Assembly: GCA_951406725.2 (NCBI GenBank)
Contig: OX597816.1
Span: 19,840,001 to 19,904,000, forward strand
DNA length: 64,000 nucleotides
Direction of reading: 5' to 3'
Source of the DNA: Octopus vulgaris
Taxonomy: Eukaryota
Position numbers and translations under genes: made by a program. Under the pieces are notes generated by a model. That model saw nothing but the letters and a program-made list of their open reading frames with translations, had not been told where the DNA came from and did not search any database. Every line of letters begins with the position of its first letter. The stretch's first letter is position 1. Below, one piece after another: positions 1-14,149 of this stretch.

Positions 1-366
1 GTGTGTAGTAAAGAAATAGGTATTTCGTCTGTTTCTATGTTCTGAGTTCAAAATCCGCCGAGGTCGACTTTGCTTTTCATCCTTTCGGGGTCGATTAAAT
101 AAGTACCAGTTACACACTAGGGTCGATATAAAGGATTTAATCAGTTTGTCTATCCTTGTTTGTCCTCTCTGAGTTTGAACCCTTGTGGCTAGTAATGAAA
201 TAGATATTTCTTCTGTCTTTACGTTCTGAGTTTAAATTCCACCGAGGTCGACTTAGCCTTTCATCCTTTCGGGTTCAAATAAATACCAGTCGCGTACTGG
301 GGTCGATCCAATGGACTTTCTCCCTCCCACCAAAGTTCGGGCCTTGCGCCTATAGTAAAAAAGAAT
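1..366 (+). mobile_element. SINE family A, multimeric copy (tail A - body - tail A - body - tail B), cut by the window edge
   Basis: Two tandem units carry the B-box-like GAGTT(C/T)AAA(A/T)TCC and the core GAGGTCGACTTTGCCTTTCATCCTTTCGGGGTCGA..AAGTACCAG, which recurs at more than 10 other loci in the window. Confidence 0.85.
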
Positions 367-372
367 ATTTTA

Positions 373-530
373 AGGCCGCGAGCTGGCAGAAACTGTACTA
401 CGCCGAGCGAAATACTTAGCGGCATTTCGTCTGTCTTTTCCTTCTGAGTTTAATTTCTGTCGAGGTCGACTTTACCTTTCGTTCTTTCGGGGTCGATAAA
501 TTAATTATCGGTTGTGTACTTGGGTGATGT
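373..530 (+). mobile_element. SINE family A copy with tRNA-like head
   Basis: Head GGCCGCGAGCTGGCAGAAAC followed by the family A core. Confidence 0.8.
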
Positions 531-1367
531 AATAAACTGCATGTATGTATATATATATGAAGCGCTTGGCAACAAATTCTTTTTTTTTAATCATTCACAT
601 ATACCACTGGAATCACCAGGAACAACTACATAGCTCACGTAATTTTGTTTTTCCCTCCATTTGCCGGCCTGAATTGCATAGCTTTGTGCTATATTCGTCT
701 AATTGAATTATGCAGCACTATAACACCGAGTTTTGTGAATGCGTATCGCAAGCTTTATTGTTCATGCTCCATTTACTGTTTCATGTCTCCATCATATCAA
801 TCCATATTCCGCATACAATTTGTCTTTAAATCTGGATTATTTTTGTTTGGGTGGTTACCAAAAAATGCTGAAATAATGAAAATAACGTCATTATAATACG
901 CAGGAAAATATCCTAAAATGGATTGCAACGAGAACGCTCTTGAGTAACACACGTGATCCATATCATTTGCTTATATGTAATTTTAATAACAATTTTATTT
1001 CTGTTATCTGATTACATAGAGCCAGAAATTCTTTCAAGCTATTTCTCAATATGCCTGTGTTAAATTTTTATTGTACGTTCCATAGCATGATATAGAATAT
1101 TTCTTTAATATATCATTTTGCAGTTTTTCCCCTTTGATACCTACATAAATTTATAATCATTCTTGGAATTGCTGAGATTTATAGTCTCATATTATGTAAC
1201 CATTTCGAGCTGATGTGAGATACACACGACATTTGAGCTGATATTTGATTGACTTGAACGTTGGGTAAGAGTTATATAATGACAATTTTATACTTTATGC
1301 AAGGAACGTTTCCTTTTAGCATGATCCACGTGATTTTCTGGTGATTATTATTCATGACTCACTTAAG

Positions 1368-1379
1368 ATATATATATAT

Positions 1380-1474
<95 letters not shown>

Positions 1475-1512
1475 TATATACATATATATACATATATATA
1501 TGTGTGTGTAGC

Positions 1513-1554
<42 letters not shown>

Positions 1555-1615
1555 TATAAATATACGTATGTGCAGATATATACACACACACACATATATA
1601 TATATACATTTATGC

Positions 1616-1646
<31 letters not shown>

Positions 1647-1669
1647 TATAAATATACATACGTGTAGAT

Positions 1670-1709
<40 letters not shown>

Positions 1710-1830
1710 GTTTATGTATACATATATATATATATTTATATATATATATATACGTATATATATATGTATATATGCACACGCACACACACGCATGTACACA
1801 GACACACATACTCACACACATATAAATGTA
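1368..1830. repeat. (TA)n/(CA)n compound microsatellite
   Basis: Seen directly. It explains the YIYI ORFs here. Confidence 0.97.
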
Positions 1831-2559
1831 TACTGACACAAGAAGATTTCGATATCAACAAAGGCATCTTCATCAGGCAAACGTTCATTTTGATTTACCT
1901 TCTCTCTACAACATCACCACCACTACCACTACGATGGACATTCTCAGCAAAGTCGCCATCGTTATCGTCATTGATCTCTTCATCTACATCATAATCATCA
2001 TCATCATCATTATCTTCATCAACTGCACCAAATAGAAGAAGTATATCAATTGGACATTTGATGGCCTAATGAGGAAATTTTAATCATTTCAAACTGTTCA
2101 ATTGCTCTGTATACTATAACATCCTTACTTCAAATTAAACGCACGACATACATGCAGAGTCTTCAATTTGGTGGATTCCTCTTCGTATTCGCATTCATTT
2201 ACATGCAATTGTTTTACTATAGCTGTTTCGATATCGTTGTTTTCCGTTTTTCTAATTCCTTTATTTTATGTGCTTTATTTAGTGTGATGTTGTTACTCTT
2301 AACTAGTTTTCCTCTTTTCAGGGTTGCCTTGGTACATTTTTCTCAACCAAATTTGATGTTTATTTCTTTAGTAATTCCAGGTAGCTGTCTGTAGAAATGT
2401 TTTCAGCCGTTTATCATTTTGTAACATACAATTTTCGAACCTTCATATACGAGAGATAGTTGATTGTTTTGCCGTAACAACTCTTTCTACATCAAGTTAT
2501 TATCCCCATCATCATCATCCTCATCATCATTATCATTATTTTCTCTTTATCAACGGGTT

Positions 2560-4125
2560 TCTTGGTGCTCCTGGTGCAGTTAACTTTTGTTTCTTATATT
2601 TTAAATCCTGTATTCGGTGTTTCGCACCGCTCCGCCTCCATCGCCGAGAGCCACGGCAAACCATTGACGTAGGATGTGGAATCCATCCTGCAATGCGCCT
2701 CACCACGGCCCCCCAACAGTTGAGTGAAATGACGTTAGAAAGGCTGCACTCATCTGTCTCGGATCATTTATTATTTGGTCTTCGTGGTCCCGCAAGGATT
2801 GGATGGTGGATTTATTGCCACGCTATGCCTCTGCCAATCGGCCCAATGAACGGCTTTCGTCTCTTCGTACCTAAGTGCACGTGCCTTACCTCTGGCAACG
2901 CAAACTCTGTCTTTCGCGTTTAAGAACTGGTTGAGCACCAATCTGGCTGCAAGCACGTTGGTCGCGAGGTTTAACTCGCTCGCTCTCTCTACTCTGTTTA
3001 TTTCTATTGCTATTCTAATCGCCCTTTTCGCGGTGATCTACCGTTTGTTGTTGATTTTTGCACTCGCCAAAACACTCTTAAGTGGTTCATTAATCCATTC
3101 ACTGAAATCTTTACGCCTGGCAACGACGTATTCAGCTTCCAGTAATCGGGTCCCTGTCTATGAAGCCTAAGTCGACTGTACAGATCATGAATTTGTGGTG
3201 TGTGTAGTCGGCTACTTTAAACTGTGGACAGCTTATCTGCTAATCTACAGAATGTCCTATATAGATATGATGTGGATGATCTGATGTGGTTTGACCAGGT
3301 CCACATTGGGATATCCGGGAAATCCAGTGGATACCTGTCACACAGCTGGAATCGTCTGAGCAGTTTTGTGAGGATTTTTCACTCTCCTCTCCTATCTACT
3401 AAACCTACACAGTCCCACTTTACATCTAAAACTCCATTCCAATCCTCCACAAACACTAATGAGCGAGACCTTCCCAAGAAAGTTTCCAGACCTCTGAAGA
3501 AATTTGATCGTCCTGCTCTTTTCGGGGCACAGACGGCAACTAACTTGAAAGTAAGTCCTTCGTTGTCTGTCATGTCCAGGACCACAGACTTAGCTTCCGG
3601 ATCTAAGAAAATCGTCTGTATTTTAAAATCCAGATTTTTCCGAACCATTACAGCGAATCCACCTCCCGCTCGCGGACAACTTGAAGGTGCGTACCCCTTA
3701 TGGTCACCGAAAATAGGTCAGAAACCTTGGGATTCAGAAAATCTGGTTTCCCTAATGGCAACCACGTTGACATTCAGTTCCGTGAGGTCGTTGAGCAGCT
3801 CACACCACTTCCAAGGCGATGCCAGGCCACGCACATTCACACTGCCTATTCTGCATATTCTATACACGACCATGTTGCCGAAAGAGAAGTAAAAAGAAAA
3901 TAAAAATGTGGTTTTGTTTGTTGAGGCGAATTGCGCGTCCCTTCTGTTGGATTCAATAATAATTCAATACTAATAATAATGCACACACTCAAGTCACACT
4001 ATATAGTAAATATCCAATAAAATAAACTACCACCAGCCGGCTTTGATCAGGTAACCGTCGACGGAGAGGCGTTCCAGTCAGAGGAAATGTCGTCCTGCTC
4101 GCCGTCCCAGTAGAGTACCATCATT
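2560..4125 (-). mobile_element. Decayed L1/Tx1-clade LINE fragment (ORF2 APE endonuclease region, probably with the ORF1 end)
   Basis: The minus strand from the ATG at 3873 reads MVVYRICRIGSVNVRGL..LLNDLTELNVNVVAIRET. Downstream are FKLVAVCAP, VFVEDWNGVLD, YLDR and YWKLNTSL, which are APE motifs of L1/Tx1 ORF2, broken by frameshifts and stops. Confidence 0.85.
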
Positions 4126-4199
4126 TGAAACCTAAAATGGTTTAAAGCGCTTTGTGACAGGCAATGTTTAACAACGCCAGATAGACTGGCCGTCCTCTT

Positions 4200-4263
4200 G
4201 ATATTATAATGATAATTATTATTATAATCATAATTATTATTATTATCATTATTATCATCATCA

Positions 4264-4339
<76 letters not shown>

Positions 4340-4351
4340 ATTATCATCATC
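4200..4351. repeat. (TTA)n/(TCA)n microsatellite
   Basis: Seen directly. Confidence 0.95.
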
Positions 4352-5247
4352 ATGACAACGTTTTATGTGAGGGTAGAATATCTTCTTGAAATTTATTGCA
4401 TCATCGGGTTGTAAATAATATTATAGAATCTATATAAGCTCATATAGAGAGCGTATTGTTTATAGTTCCCACATTTATATACACCCACATATAGCGAAAC
4501 TGAACAGGCAATTCATGGTACCATACGATCATCCACTGCGTATCGTAAACAGCTTCAGAACATTCTGAAAGAGACAAAAGCGAGCGTATGCTTCGTAGTT
4601 AATTTTTAAAAAAGTTGTTTTGAATTAAAATGAATGCAAACGCTGCTGCTAGCAAGAAAATAGGAAGTTCCATGCAGAGATAATAAATGTTTCCAGTTAT
4701 TATTTCTTCACTGTATATTTTTAGTGATAGAAAATGCAGTTTAAGAACAAATATATTCTTGCTGAACTACAGAGCCATTCATATACAAAAGTTAATATAA
4801 ATCTTCTTTTAAAACTCTAACTATATGTTTCAACACAAGCAATTTAACATTAATACCAGTAGTGAATGCTTTTATTTTGCTGATAGTTTTTCCTTTTAAT
4901 TTGAAAAAAGATGAATAAGTTTAATAGATGCAGTGGGATAAAAACAGAACTGGAGATTTTTAAAACCCTATGATAATGTTTAATAAATGGTTTCAAAACT
5001 TAAGTGCGAGGGAAATATTTCGAAAATATTATTTATGAGAATATTCTCTTGAATTTGTATAGAATTTGTATAGAACAGTAGCAAGGAATTGAAATACATC
5101 TGGAAAAGACCACGAATACAGCATTAACCGGAGCATTATTTTGTCGGTTGATCGTTTAAGTGCTTGAAACCAAACTTACATTTTCGTTGTTTCTGTGTTC
5201 TTGAAAATTCAAACTTCCTTCTGTAAAACAGTAGCCATCTTACAAAA

Positions 5248-5648
5248 TATTTTCTTTTCTACTCAAAGCAAAAGGCCCGAAATTTTGGGTGTGTGTCTAG
5301 TTGATTAGATCGACCCAGTGCGCAACTGGTACTTAATTTATCGACACTGAAAAGATGAAAGGCAAGCCGACCTCGGCGGAATTTGAACTAAGAACGTAAA
5401 AGCAGACGAACTAGCTAGTTCTTTACTACCCACATGGGACTAAACACAGAGAAAACAAACAAGGACAGACAAACGGATTAAGTCGATTATATCGACTCCA
5501 GTGTGTAGCTGGTACTTATTTAATCGAGACCGAAAGGATGAGAGACATAGTCAACCTCGGCGGAATTTGAACTCAGAACGTAGCGGTAGAAGAAATCCCT
5601 CTAGGCATTTCGTCCGGCGTGCTAACATTTCTGCCAGATCGCCGCCTT
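5248..5648 (-). mobile_element. SINE family A, dimeric copy
   Basis: The reverse complement gives head GGCGGCGATCTGGCAGAAATGTTAGC, core, tail A, a second core and tail B. Confidence 0.85.
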
Positions 5649-6130
5649 TCTTACAACATATTTTAGACCCTCCATTTTAATTCTTTTAACCCTTGTGTAC
5701 GCTTAAGAGGGCACAATTTCATTTGACTCTATCCCCGGAAGCCGTAAAAGCCGGCGGGTATACGATTTTGAGTTTACGGCTGAAAAGTTAGGATATTGTT
5801 GAGATTTAGCAAACCATCAAGGCCATAAGCTGTAGCCACCCATCTTTGCATTTTCCAGACGTATAATACAATACAATAATGTTCGCTGAAGCGTGCTCGA
5901 CAAAGCAAATGGTTAAATCTGAGGTCTACTATATTAACTTCCAGGAAAACTGCCTGCTTGAATCGAAAACAATTTAGGCTCACTGAGGAGAAAAATCTTT
6001 GCATAAGTTATATGGAGATGTTAAATAACAAATTCATATCGAGATTTTCTTGAGCCTAAGATCATTTCCCGTTTGGTTTAACATACAATCAGAAACACTG
6101 CCGGGAAAAGAATTTTAGACACAAGGAAAC

Positions 6131-6140
6131 ATATAGATAA

Positions 6141-6187
<47 letters not shown>

Positions 6188-6230
6188 CATAGATAGATAG
6201 ATAGATATATAGATAGATAGATAGATAGAT
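6131..6230. repeat. (GATA)n microsatellite
   Basis: Seen directly. Confidence 0.97.
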
Positions 6231-6852
6231 AAGTTTCTTTATTGGCCACACAGGGCTGCACACAGATGGGACAAGTTACAAGGTAGAGCTTTTCTTTTGG
6301 GGGATGAAGAGAACAAAAAACAAAAGAAAAAAAAAGGGGTGGCGTAGGTTTTCGATCAAGAGGGATCGTAAAAGGGAAGAAAAGAACAAAAAAAAATTTG
6401 AATAAAATAAAAGGAATAAAAAGAAAAAAAAGAAAAGGAAAAGGAACAAAAGGAAAGAGAAATGAAAGAAGAAGAAAAAAGGGGAAAAAAGGGGGAAGAG
6501 GAAAAAAAACATCAATAGGGATCGTGTATCACAGTGTTATGATAGATGGTGTGAAGGAGAAAGCAAGTAAGGTTTATCCGTGGGAAGAAAAGCCTAGGAA
6601 AAAGACCACGGTAACCTTGGTCAATATTGTTATATGTTACCACATTTGTTTGCAAGTGGGTAACCCTCTGTTTTCAATTTCTGGGTTCATAGGATTATGC
6701 TCAAGGTGGCTTCGTCATTCATACGTGCCATCCTTGCTACATTCACCCATCTTTTTTTAAAACATTCGCTAGACAAAACTTGCCTCTCTACTCTCACTTT
6801 CCTTTTCAAGTGGTACTTGAAGAAGTTGATGAGAGATTGACCAGAGAGGTCA
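6231..6852 (-). mobile_element. 5'-truncated 3' end of a probable Tx1/L1-clade LINE inserted in (GATA)n
   Basis: The minus strand encodes LSGQSLINFFKYHLKRKVRVERQVLSSECFKKRWVNVARM, resembling a Tx1 ORF2 C-terminus. A T-rich UTR follows and ends AATAAAGAAACTT directly against (TCTA)n. GATA repeats flank both sides. Confidence 0.65.
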
Positions 6853-6854
6853 AT

Positions 6855-7040
6855 CTATAGATAGATAGATAGATAGATTGATAGATAGATAGATAGATAG
6901 AAAGATAGACAGATAGACAGACAGACAGTCAGACAGATAGAAAGATGGTTAGATTGGTAGACAGATAGATATATAGACAGATAGATAGATAGGCAGATAG
7001 ATAAATATATAAAGAGATAGATAGATAGATAGATAGATAT

Positions 7041-7081
<41 letters not shown>

Positions 7082-7201
7082 CATATAGACAGACAGACTG
7101 AAAGACAGACAGACAGACAGACATAATGATAGTTAGATTGGTAGACAGATAGATAAATCTGTATATAAAGATAGGTAGATAGATAGACAGATAAATATAG
7201 G

Positions 7202-7300
<99 letters not shown>

Positions 7301-7301
7301 T

Positions 7302-7352
<51 letters not shown>

Positions 7353-7370
7353 GTAGGTAGATAGATAAAT
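6855..7370. repeat. (GATA)n/(GACA)n microsatellite
   Basis: Seen directly. Confidence 0.97.
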
Positions 7371-7589
7371 ATAATCATACATATATATTAGGCAATCAGA
7401 CTTAGTCAGTAGCACGTAGATTCATTTAAAAATGATATATTGTCCCAAACGTTCTGCTTAGCAATTTCAAATGGATGAAACTAATTAGAGCTATACAGTG
7501 TCTATCTAAAATGAAAACGCATATATTATATACGATATCTCTAGACACAAATACACACATCACGCGCAAACATACACATGCACAACACA

Positions 7590-7685
7590 TACCCACACAC
7601 ACAAATATTCATATACATGTATATACACACAGAATTATATATGTATATATATATATATATATACATATATAATTCTCTTTGAATA

Positions 7686-7756
<71 letters not shown>

Positions 7757-7871
7757 ATATATATATGTATATGCATATACATGTATATATATATATATGT
7801 ATATACATACACACGGACATACATATACATATATAAATATATATATATGTATATATATATATATACCTTTA

Positions 7872-7935
<64 letters not shown>

Positions 7936-8120
7936 AGTACACCTACATATACATATATACTTTTCTTTGTATATGCGCGTATATATATTTGTATATCAAA
8001 ATATATATATATATATATACATGTATATCTATCTATCTATCTATCTACCTATCTTTATATATATATATATGTGTGTGTGTGTTACTGTGTGTGTGTGCTT
8101 GTGAGTGCGTGTGTGTTAGT
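7590..8120. repeat. (TA)n compound microsatellite
   Basis: Seen directly. Confidence 0.95.
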
Positions 8121-8695
8121 ATGAATTTGTGTAAATTCTTGATGAAAGTATCACGGCACGCATATATACGTGTATGTCTGTGTTTTTTCAATCAGAATAT
8201 ATGCCGCCTCAACATTTCCCGCAAAATGTAAACCGTTATCAAAGGAACGGGACTGATTTGAAAATCATATTAAATTACATGAAATTACAAATCAACGTAT
8301 GTGTTTATATGCTAATGTGAGCTTATGAGCGATGGTTATGTATTATATTTTCACGTGCGTGTCGACATACAGATATATGAATACATACATAACTTTAAGG
8401 ACACGTCTTTGTATTCATAATTAATTTCCCATGCTAATTATTTGCACCAATTGAAGTATATTTTGTATTGTTTATTGTGAGCGATTTATTATAAAATAAG
8501 ACTACATGTGATCAACATACATTATATTTTATTATTACATGCAGAAAATTATCGTTCTATGCTTACATGTGTATATATATATATGTGTGTGCGTGTGTGT
8601 GTGTGTATTTAAGTATATATATTTATATATGTATACTTATATATATATACACATATATATCCACACATATATACATATATATGTATATATGTACA

Positions 8696-8744
<49 letters not shown>

Positions 8745-9595
8745 ACGTAAGTTTATATGTATGCGTATAGGTTTGTATGGTTGTGATGGTGTAAGAATAT
8801 TTCTATTCCCATATTTGCAATCCAATGTCTCTTAGAATAATTAATGAATGGACTATATAATTCATTGTAACGTACTTTTATATGCAACTGCATGTGACCA
8901 ACATTCCTTTTTAATGGAGATATCTCACTGATTTACATCGAATATCTGCGTATGTATATTTATATAAGTATATTGTTCTACAGTGTATGTATGCATACAT
9001 TTAAATATGCGTATGTGCCCGGATGCGTCTACGTATGTGTGTGTGACGTTTGTCCGTGTGTGTGTGTGCGTGTCTGTGTGTTTCCCTGTTTGTATGTTTA
9101 TATATTCATATGCAGACATTTTTTCTTTATACTTATGAATATGTAACGATCTTTGTGTATAGAAGTGTTTGTATTTTTCTTCTTCCATTCTATTTAGTGA
9201 CTAAATGTGAATTCAGCGACTGAAGGAAAAAAATTAATAATTATGAACACTGTGCATCTCTTGCTATATCTAATTTCCCTTAATTTCGCTTTATGTGTTT
9301 TTGAAACGTTTATTTGACAAAATATATTGCAATTTTTATTAACATGAAATTATAAACAAAAAACTACTCATATCGAGAGATGTACTTTAATTTCGGAAAT
9401 CTAAGATGAAATATCAAATTCCATATTATGTCTCTACATTTATAGAAAAATGTAAAATATACAAATATGCATCGCAATTGGTAGATAAATAAAACTTATA
9501 TTTTCTCTGGAAGTTTAGAGTAGCATGGTTGCATAGGTGTATGCATGTGATGTGTGCACAAGTTCTGTTGACGAATATCACTAGACAATAAATGT

Positions 9596-9794
9596 GACCT
9601 CGTGTGTACCGTTGGCGATTTTTTTCCTCTGTCTTCCTTTCTCTGGATCTTTCCCTCTCCCCCTGTTTCCGACGAAGAGCTCCACTCGACACGTTAAACC
9701 CTCCTTCTTTCCACTTTCCTGAGCGTCCAATAATACTATATTTGTTCCACGTCCTCGCGTTGTTGTGTTTTTTTGTGCTTTCTTGTTTGGATTA

Positions 9795-9800
<6 letters not shown>
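9596..9800 (+). mobile_element. PLE-type terminal repeat with a degenerate hammerhead (9665-9699)
   Basis: GTTT-CCGACGA-A-GAG-CTCCA-CTC-GACA-CG-TT-AAAC. The downstream TTCCTGAGCG..TAATAC..TTCCAC tail resembles that at 51330-51420, and the repeat ends at (TA)n. Confidence 0.6.
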
Positions 9801-9865
<65 letters not shown>

Positions 9866-10377
9866 ACGTGTGTGTGTGTGTGTGTGTATGTGTGTGTGTG
9901 TGTGTAGGAGGGGTGGCTGCTTGTAAGAGAATCCCAAAAGGCCTAGTATGGGGTCCAATATTCCGAGTTCTTTCATGGGGTTTAGATTTAGAAACATGAA
10001 GGACCGCTGCAATAAGTGTGTAAATCTGAGAGGGTAATATATTAAATAAAATTATAATTAACTGATCCTTCTGTATTTCCTTTTACCCATGACAGGAACT
10101 TTTTATCACTTTCTCATATGTATGTATATTATAATATGAGACAATATTTATCTGATGATTGTACGACCTCACCTTTGCTTAGAAATCCCTGGCCTAGCAT
10201 GAAGCAACCTGGCAATTATCCTAGACAAAATGTGTTTCATAACATAGTATTTGGTTTTCAAATTGTTGACAGTGATAATTAAAGAAAACAGAATGTTCTA
10301 TTTCTGATACATAGCTACATTGGACATTTTAAAATAATATGAAGCAAAATGTCTTTATTTTTATGGTACCTCATTGA

Positions 10378-11242
10378 TACGAGCTCTGATCAATAAGAAA
10401 CCGGATTGTTGTTATAGTAACGAAGCGAAACCATGCAGAGTGACGCCGCTGGGTAGAGTTTGATCTTAAGCAGTCATGCGCATGCGCATTAAATCTTAAC
10501 GTTCTAGGTCACTTCCGCTGTTTACAGCAGTTCTTAGAAGGAACATGTGTAGCGTGTGGTCGACCCATTGGCTATGACAGGAAAGTTGGCATGGCGATAC
10601 CAGGTCAGAGACCTATGCAAATTTGAAGAAAGTGTATGGAGAGGAGTGTATGAGCCGCTCACAAGTGTACGTGTTGTTCAAACGTTTCCAGGCTGGCCGA
10701 AAAAATGTCGACATCGATGAACGATCTGGGAGACCCGAATCCAGCAGAACTGTGAAAAACATCGCAGATGTGCGTGCAATTGTGAGAGTAAATCGTTGAA
10801 TTACAATGTGTGATTTATCAGGGGTTGTGCAAATTACGAGGGTGAGTCAAAAGTAATGCCATTTTGTTTAGGACAGGTATAATTACCAACACAGGAACAA
10901 TTAGGTACTCGGGTTGCACAGGACCGCCTTGATTTTGTGGAGAACGATATAAACGTTTTGAAAATATTGCGTAGGCCTCTGAGGCGGTATCGCAAAGCTT
11001 TTGGCAACATTTGATGCAGATTCTCTGCTCAATATTATCTGTCATTATCAATGCGGCGATCTCTCACTACACACCTTCCTTTAAAGCACTACTATAACAA
11101 TGGATGTGAGCTAGAACGTTAAAATTTAGTACGCAAGGAACAAAAGAGCTCAAGGCCAGTTTGTGCCGAGCAGTCTCACTCTGCGCGCTTTAGCTTCGCC
11201 ACTATGCTAATAATCCTGATACTTATTCATAAAAATCACGTA
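10378..11242. mobile_element. Mariner-derived foldback element made of two inverted 5' ends
   Basis: The ends TACGAGCTCTGATCAATAAG.. and ..CTTATTCATAAAAATCACGTA are degenerate TIRs with TA. The + arm encodes ETYANLKKVYGEECMSRSQVYVLFKRFQAGRKNVDIDERSGRP (mariner HTH). The - arm encodes MTDNIEQRICIKCCQKL. Confidence 0.8.
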
Positions 11243-11309
11243 TATTGATTATCAAATACACATCAATTGTGGAATATCCGTTGAATTGTGACCTCTTATA
11301 ATCATCCTT

Positions 11310-12265
11310 AATGACTTCAAATCCTTCCAATCCTCTCTTCATATCCTTCCCAGTTTTATATGCCACTATATTTATCCACCTTCTGTTATATCCGCCCGTA
11401 TTCCTTCTACGTCCGCAACACTCACTAATCCCATTCACATAATTCTGATACATTAATAGAGGCGTACATTAACTTGTAATATGCCATATGGTTTCACTAT
11501 TTTGTTCACAAATTCTGCACACATCACTTTCTGATGAGTTGCCTATTCTGTATTACATGTAATTGGTTCTTAATACTTGCTCAGATTAGAGACCCTTTTT
11601 CCAGTATTAAATCACTTTTAGTCATCCATAGCCATCTTTTTTCTCTGTCTGTCTTATCTTCAACATCCCTATGGAATTGTGCATGCATTCTTTTCATTAT
11701 CCAGTTCATTCATGCTTAAGTCTTTGTACAGTGTTTCATCTTTGCAATATCCATCTAACACCAGCCTGACATTCTTCTAATTATAGTGTGTCTGTAGATC
11801 TTTTTACATACCATGCGATATTTTATTTTTCTTCAGCTCTAATGTTGAGTTCGCATCCAATCAGTCCTTTTTCCCCTCTTTTTCTTGGCACATACACACT
11901 CTCTGTATAAACTTTTGGCTTGAGTATTCAATATCTACTCAGCAATTTTCTTGTCTTTCTGTCTAAGATGTTTAGTTTATCTTCTGTCCATGCGATTACG
12001 CTCCGTATCCAAATAGTGAAACCGCTCAGGTGTTGATAGCTTCAATCTTATTCCGTTCAATTTCGAATTACGGATCAGTCTCAGTCTGCGCAAGTACTCA
12101 ACCTTAAATTTTTCTGACACTCCTTTCTTCATCAATTTATCCATTTCCAATATCCCCAAATACTTACAGCCCTTCTCTTCTATCTGCCTCATAACCTCCC
12201 CCGAGAGAATCGCCAGCCCCTCCATACGTTTGATTTTGCCTCTCTTCAAGTCTAACACACCACAC
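11310..12265 (-). mobile_element. Decayed R4/Dong-clade (RLE) non-LTR retrotransposon fragment
   Basis: LKRGK..CKYLGILEMD..EYLRRLRLIRNSKLNG, then a degenerate CRIC..ETIWHITSxC zinc knuckle. It abuts a (TTA)n/(CTA)n microsatellite. Confidence 0.75.
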
Positions 12266-12297
12266 TTTATTATTATTATTATTATTTATATTATCAT

Positions 12298-12341
<44 letters not shown>

Positions 12342-12455
12342 TCATTATTATTATTATTATGCTCATTATTATGCTTACAGTGTATAGTTCTTAAGCGCAT
12401 TTATTTATTCATATATTTAGTTGACCCTTTCTCTTCCCTTTCCACTGCCCTTAAT

Positions 12456-12648
12456 CCCTTCTACGTCCGCAACACTCTCTAATCCCATTCACATCCTTCT
12501 GATACATTAATAATGGCGTACATTGACTGGTAATATGCCATATGTTTTCACCATTTTCTTCACAAATTCTGCACTTATCACTTTCTGATGAGTTGTCTAT
12601 TCTGTATTTCATGTAATTGGTTCTTAATACTTGCTCAGATTAGAGACT
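12456..12648 (-). mobile_element. Second copy of the R4/Dong zinc-knuckle segment
   Basis: Closely similar to 11400-11592 (CCTTCTACGTCCGCAACACTC...CTCAGATTAGAGAC). Confidence 0.8.
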
Positions 12649-13959
12649 CTTTGTTCCTATCGCTACTAATCCCTTTTCTGACACTCCCTTCCCCTCTATA
12701 TGTATCGCCTTTCTCTCCCTTTCCATTTTCTCCTTATAAATATTCAATCCGTTCTGGCCATCTCTTATGGTCATGTAGTAGGCGTTGCAAACTTCCTGAC
12801 CATGCTTAGTGGGTTAATTCCATCAATGTGATCATATTTGATATGGCTAAACTAAAGAAGATTTTGATTAAAAGTCGAATTGCGTTTCATTATTATCAGA
12901 AACGCACATATTGAATATATTCAACATATCATTACTTGGTTTGACTGCAATATAACACATTATATGTCTCTATGCTAGTAAAAACTACACATATATTGTT
13001 GCTCAATACCACTTGACAATAGGTATTGGTTTGTTATTTTTTCTGTAACTTAGAGGGTCGACGAAAGTGACCGATAGAATAAGTATCAAACTTTATAAAG
13101 TATCTGTACTGTGGTCGATTTTGCATATTTCATATTTGAAGAGTGTGCACCAGCGTATCTGCGTTCAATGATTCAAAGACCGAAACCAACAACAGATTAA
13201 AAAACGTGAATCTTTCCTCTTGCTACTTGCAGACAATCATACACAAGTTTACACACATACACGTTTATGAGTTTTCAAATATATAGATACATATAGCCTT
13301 TATGCAGACATAGAAATATGCTTGAAATACATTCACGAAAAAATAGAAGCATCACACCATGATGTACAGAGTAAATCGGAAATAAAATCAACAGATATTC
13401 CTTCTGATACATCGACTGGTCTGTTCCACATCTTTCATTTCCTTTTCTGAAATTTATAATTTAAATGTGACAGACATTATTTTACAGATTCATGGAGAAG
13501 TGTGTGCGGCATTTATGCCAATCAGTTAATCACTTGATATTTTCAGGTTCGCCTAGGCTTAGTACAGGCATCATCGATTTAGATCAACACCATACTGTTC
13601 TTATCCACGTTGATTGGTAATTCTCACTTATAAAGATCAGAACTAGGTTTCTAGAGTATCCTTCGAAGAACACCAGTAAAAAACAACAATTCGAATTCAT
13701 AGACATCATAACTCATTAGCGACTTTTACTGTTATGATATCAATGATATCACAAGGTGTTAATAGCAGATATTTTTACAGGCATCATCATCTTCGTAAAC
13801 CTCTACCTTGCAAGAAAATATGCAATACGTATAACGAATTACGTATTCTAAATAGTATATTTGATACTATATATGATATGCAGTGAGGCGATGATTTTAG
13901 AACATATTTACCAGGTATTGACAGCATTATTATTTTCTTATAGCAACTATAGCATCACA

Positions 13960-14077
13960 CATACCTCAGCATCAACATCGGCATCGCCATACTTATCTTA
14001 ATCATCACCATCATCGCCATTATCATCATCCTCGTCGGTGTCGTACTCGTCGTCGCCGTCGATGCAATCTCCATCAC

Positions 14078-14149
<72 letters not shown>

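Noticed and set aside
1352-1839. Long YIYI/LSIY/MCVC ORFs here and at dozens of other loci
   Set aside because: They are translations of (TA)n, (GATA)n and (CA)n microsatellites, not genes.
3224-3892. 222-aa plus-strand ORF
   Set aside because: It is the antisense shadow of the minus-strand L1/Tx1 endonuclease remnant.
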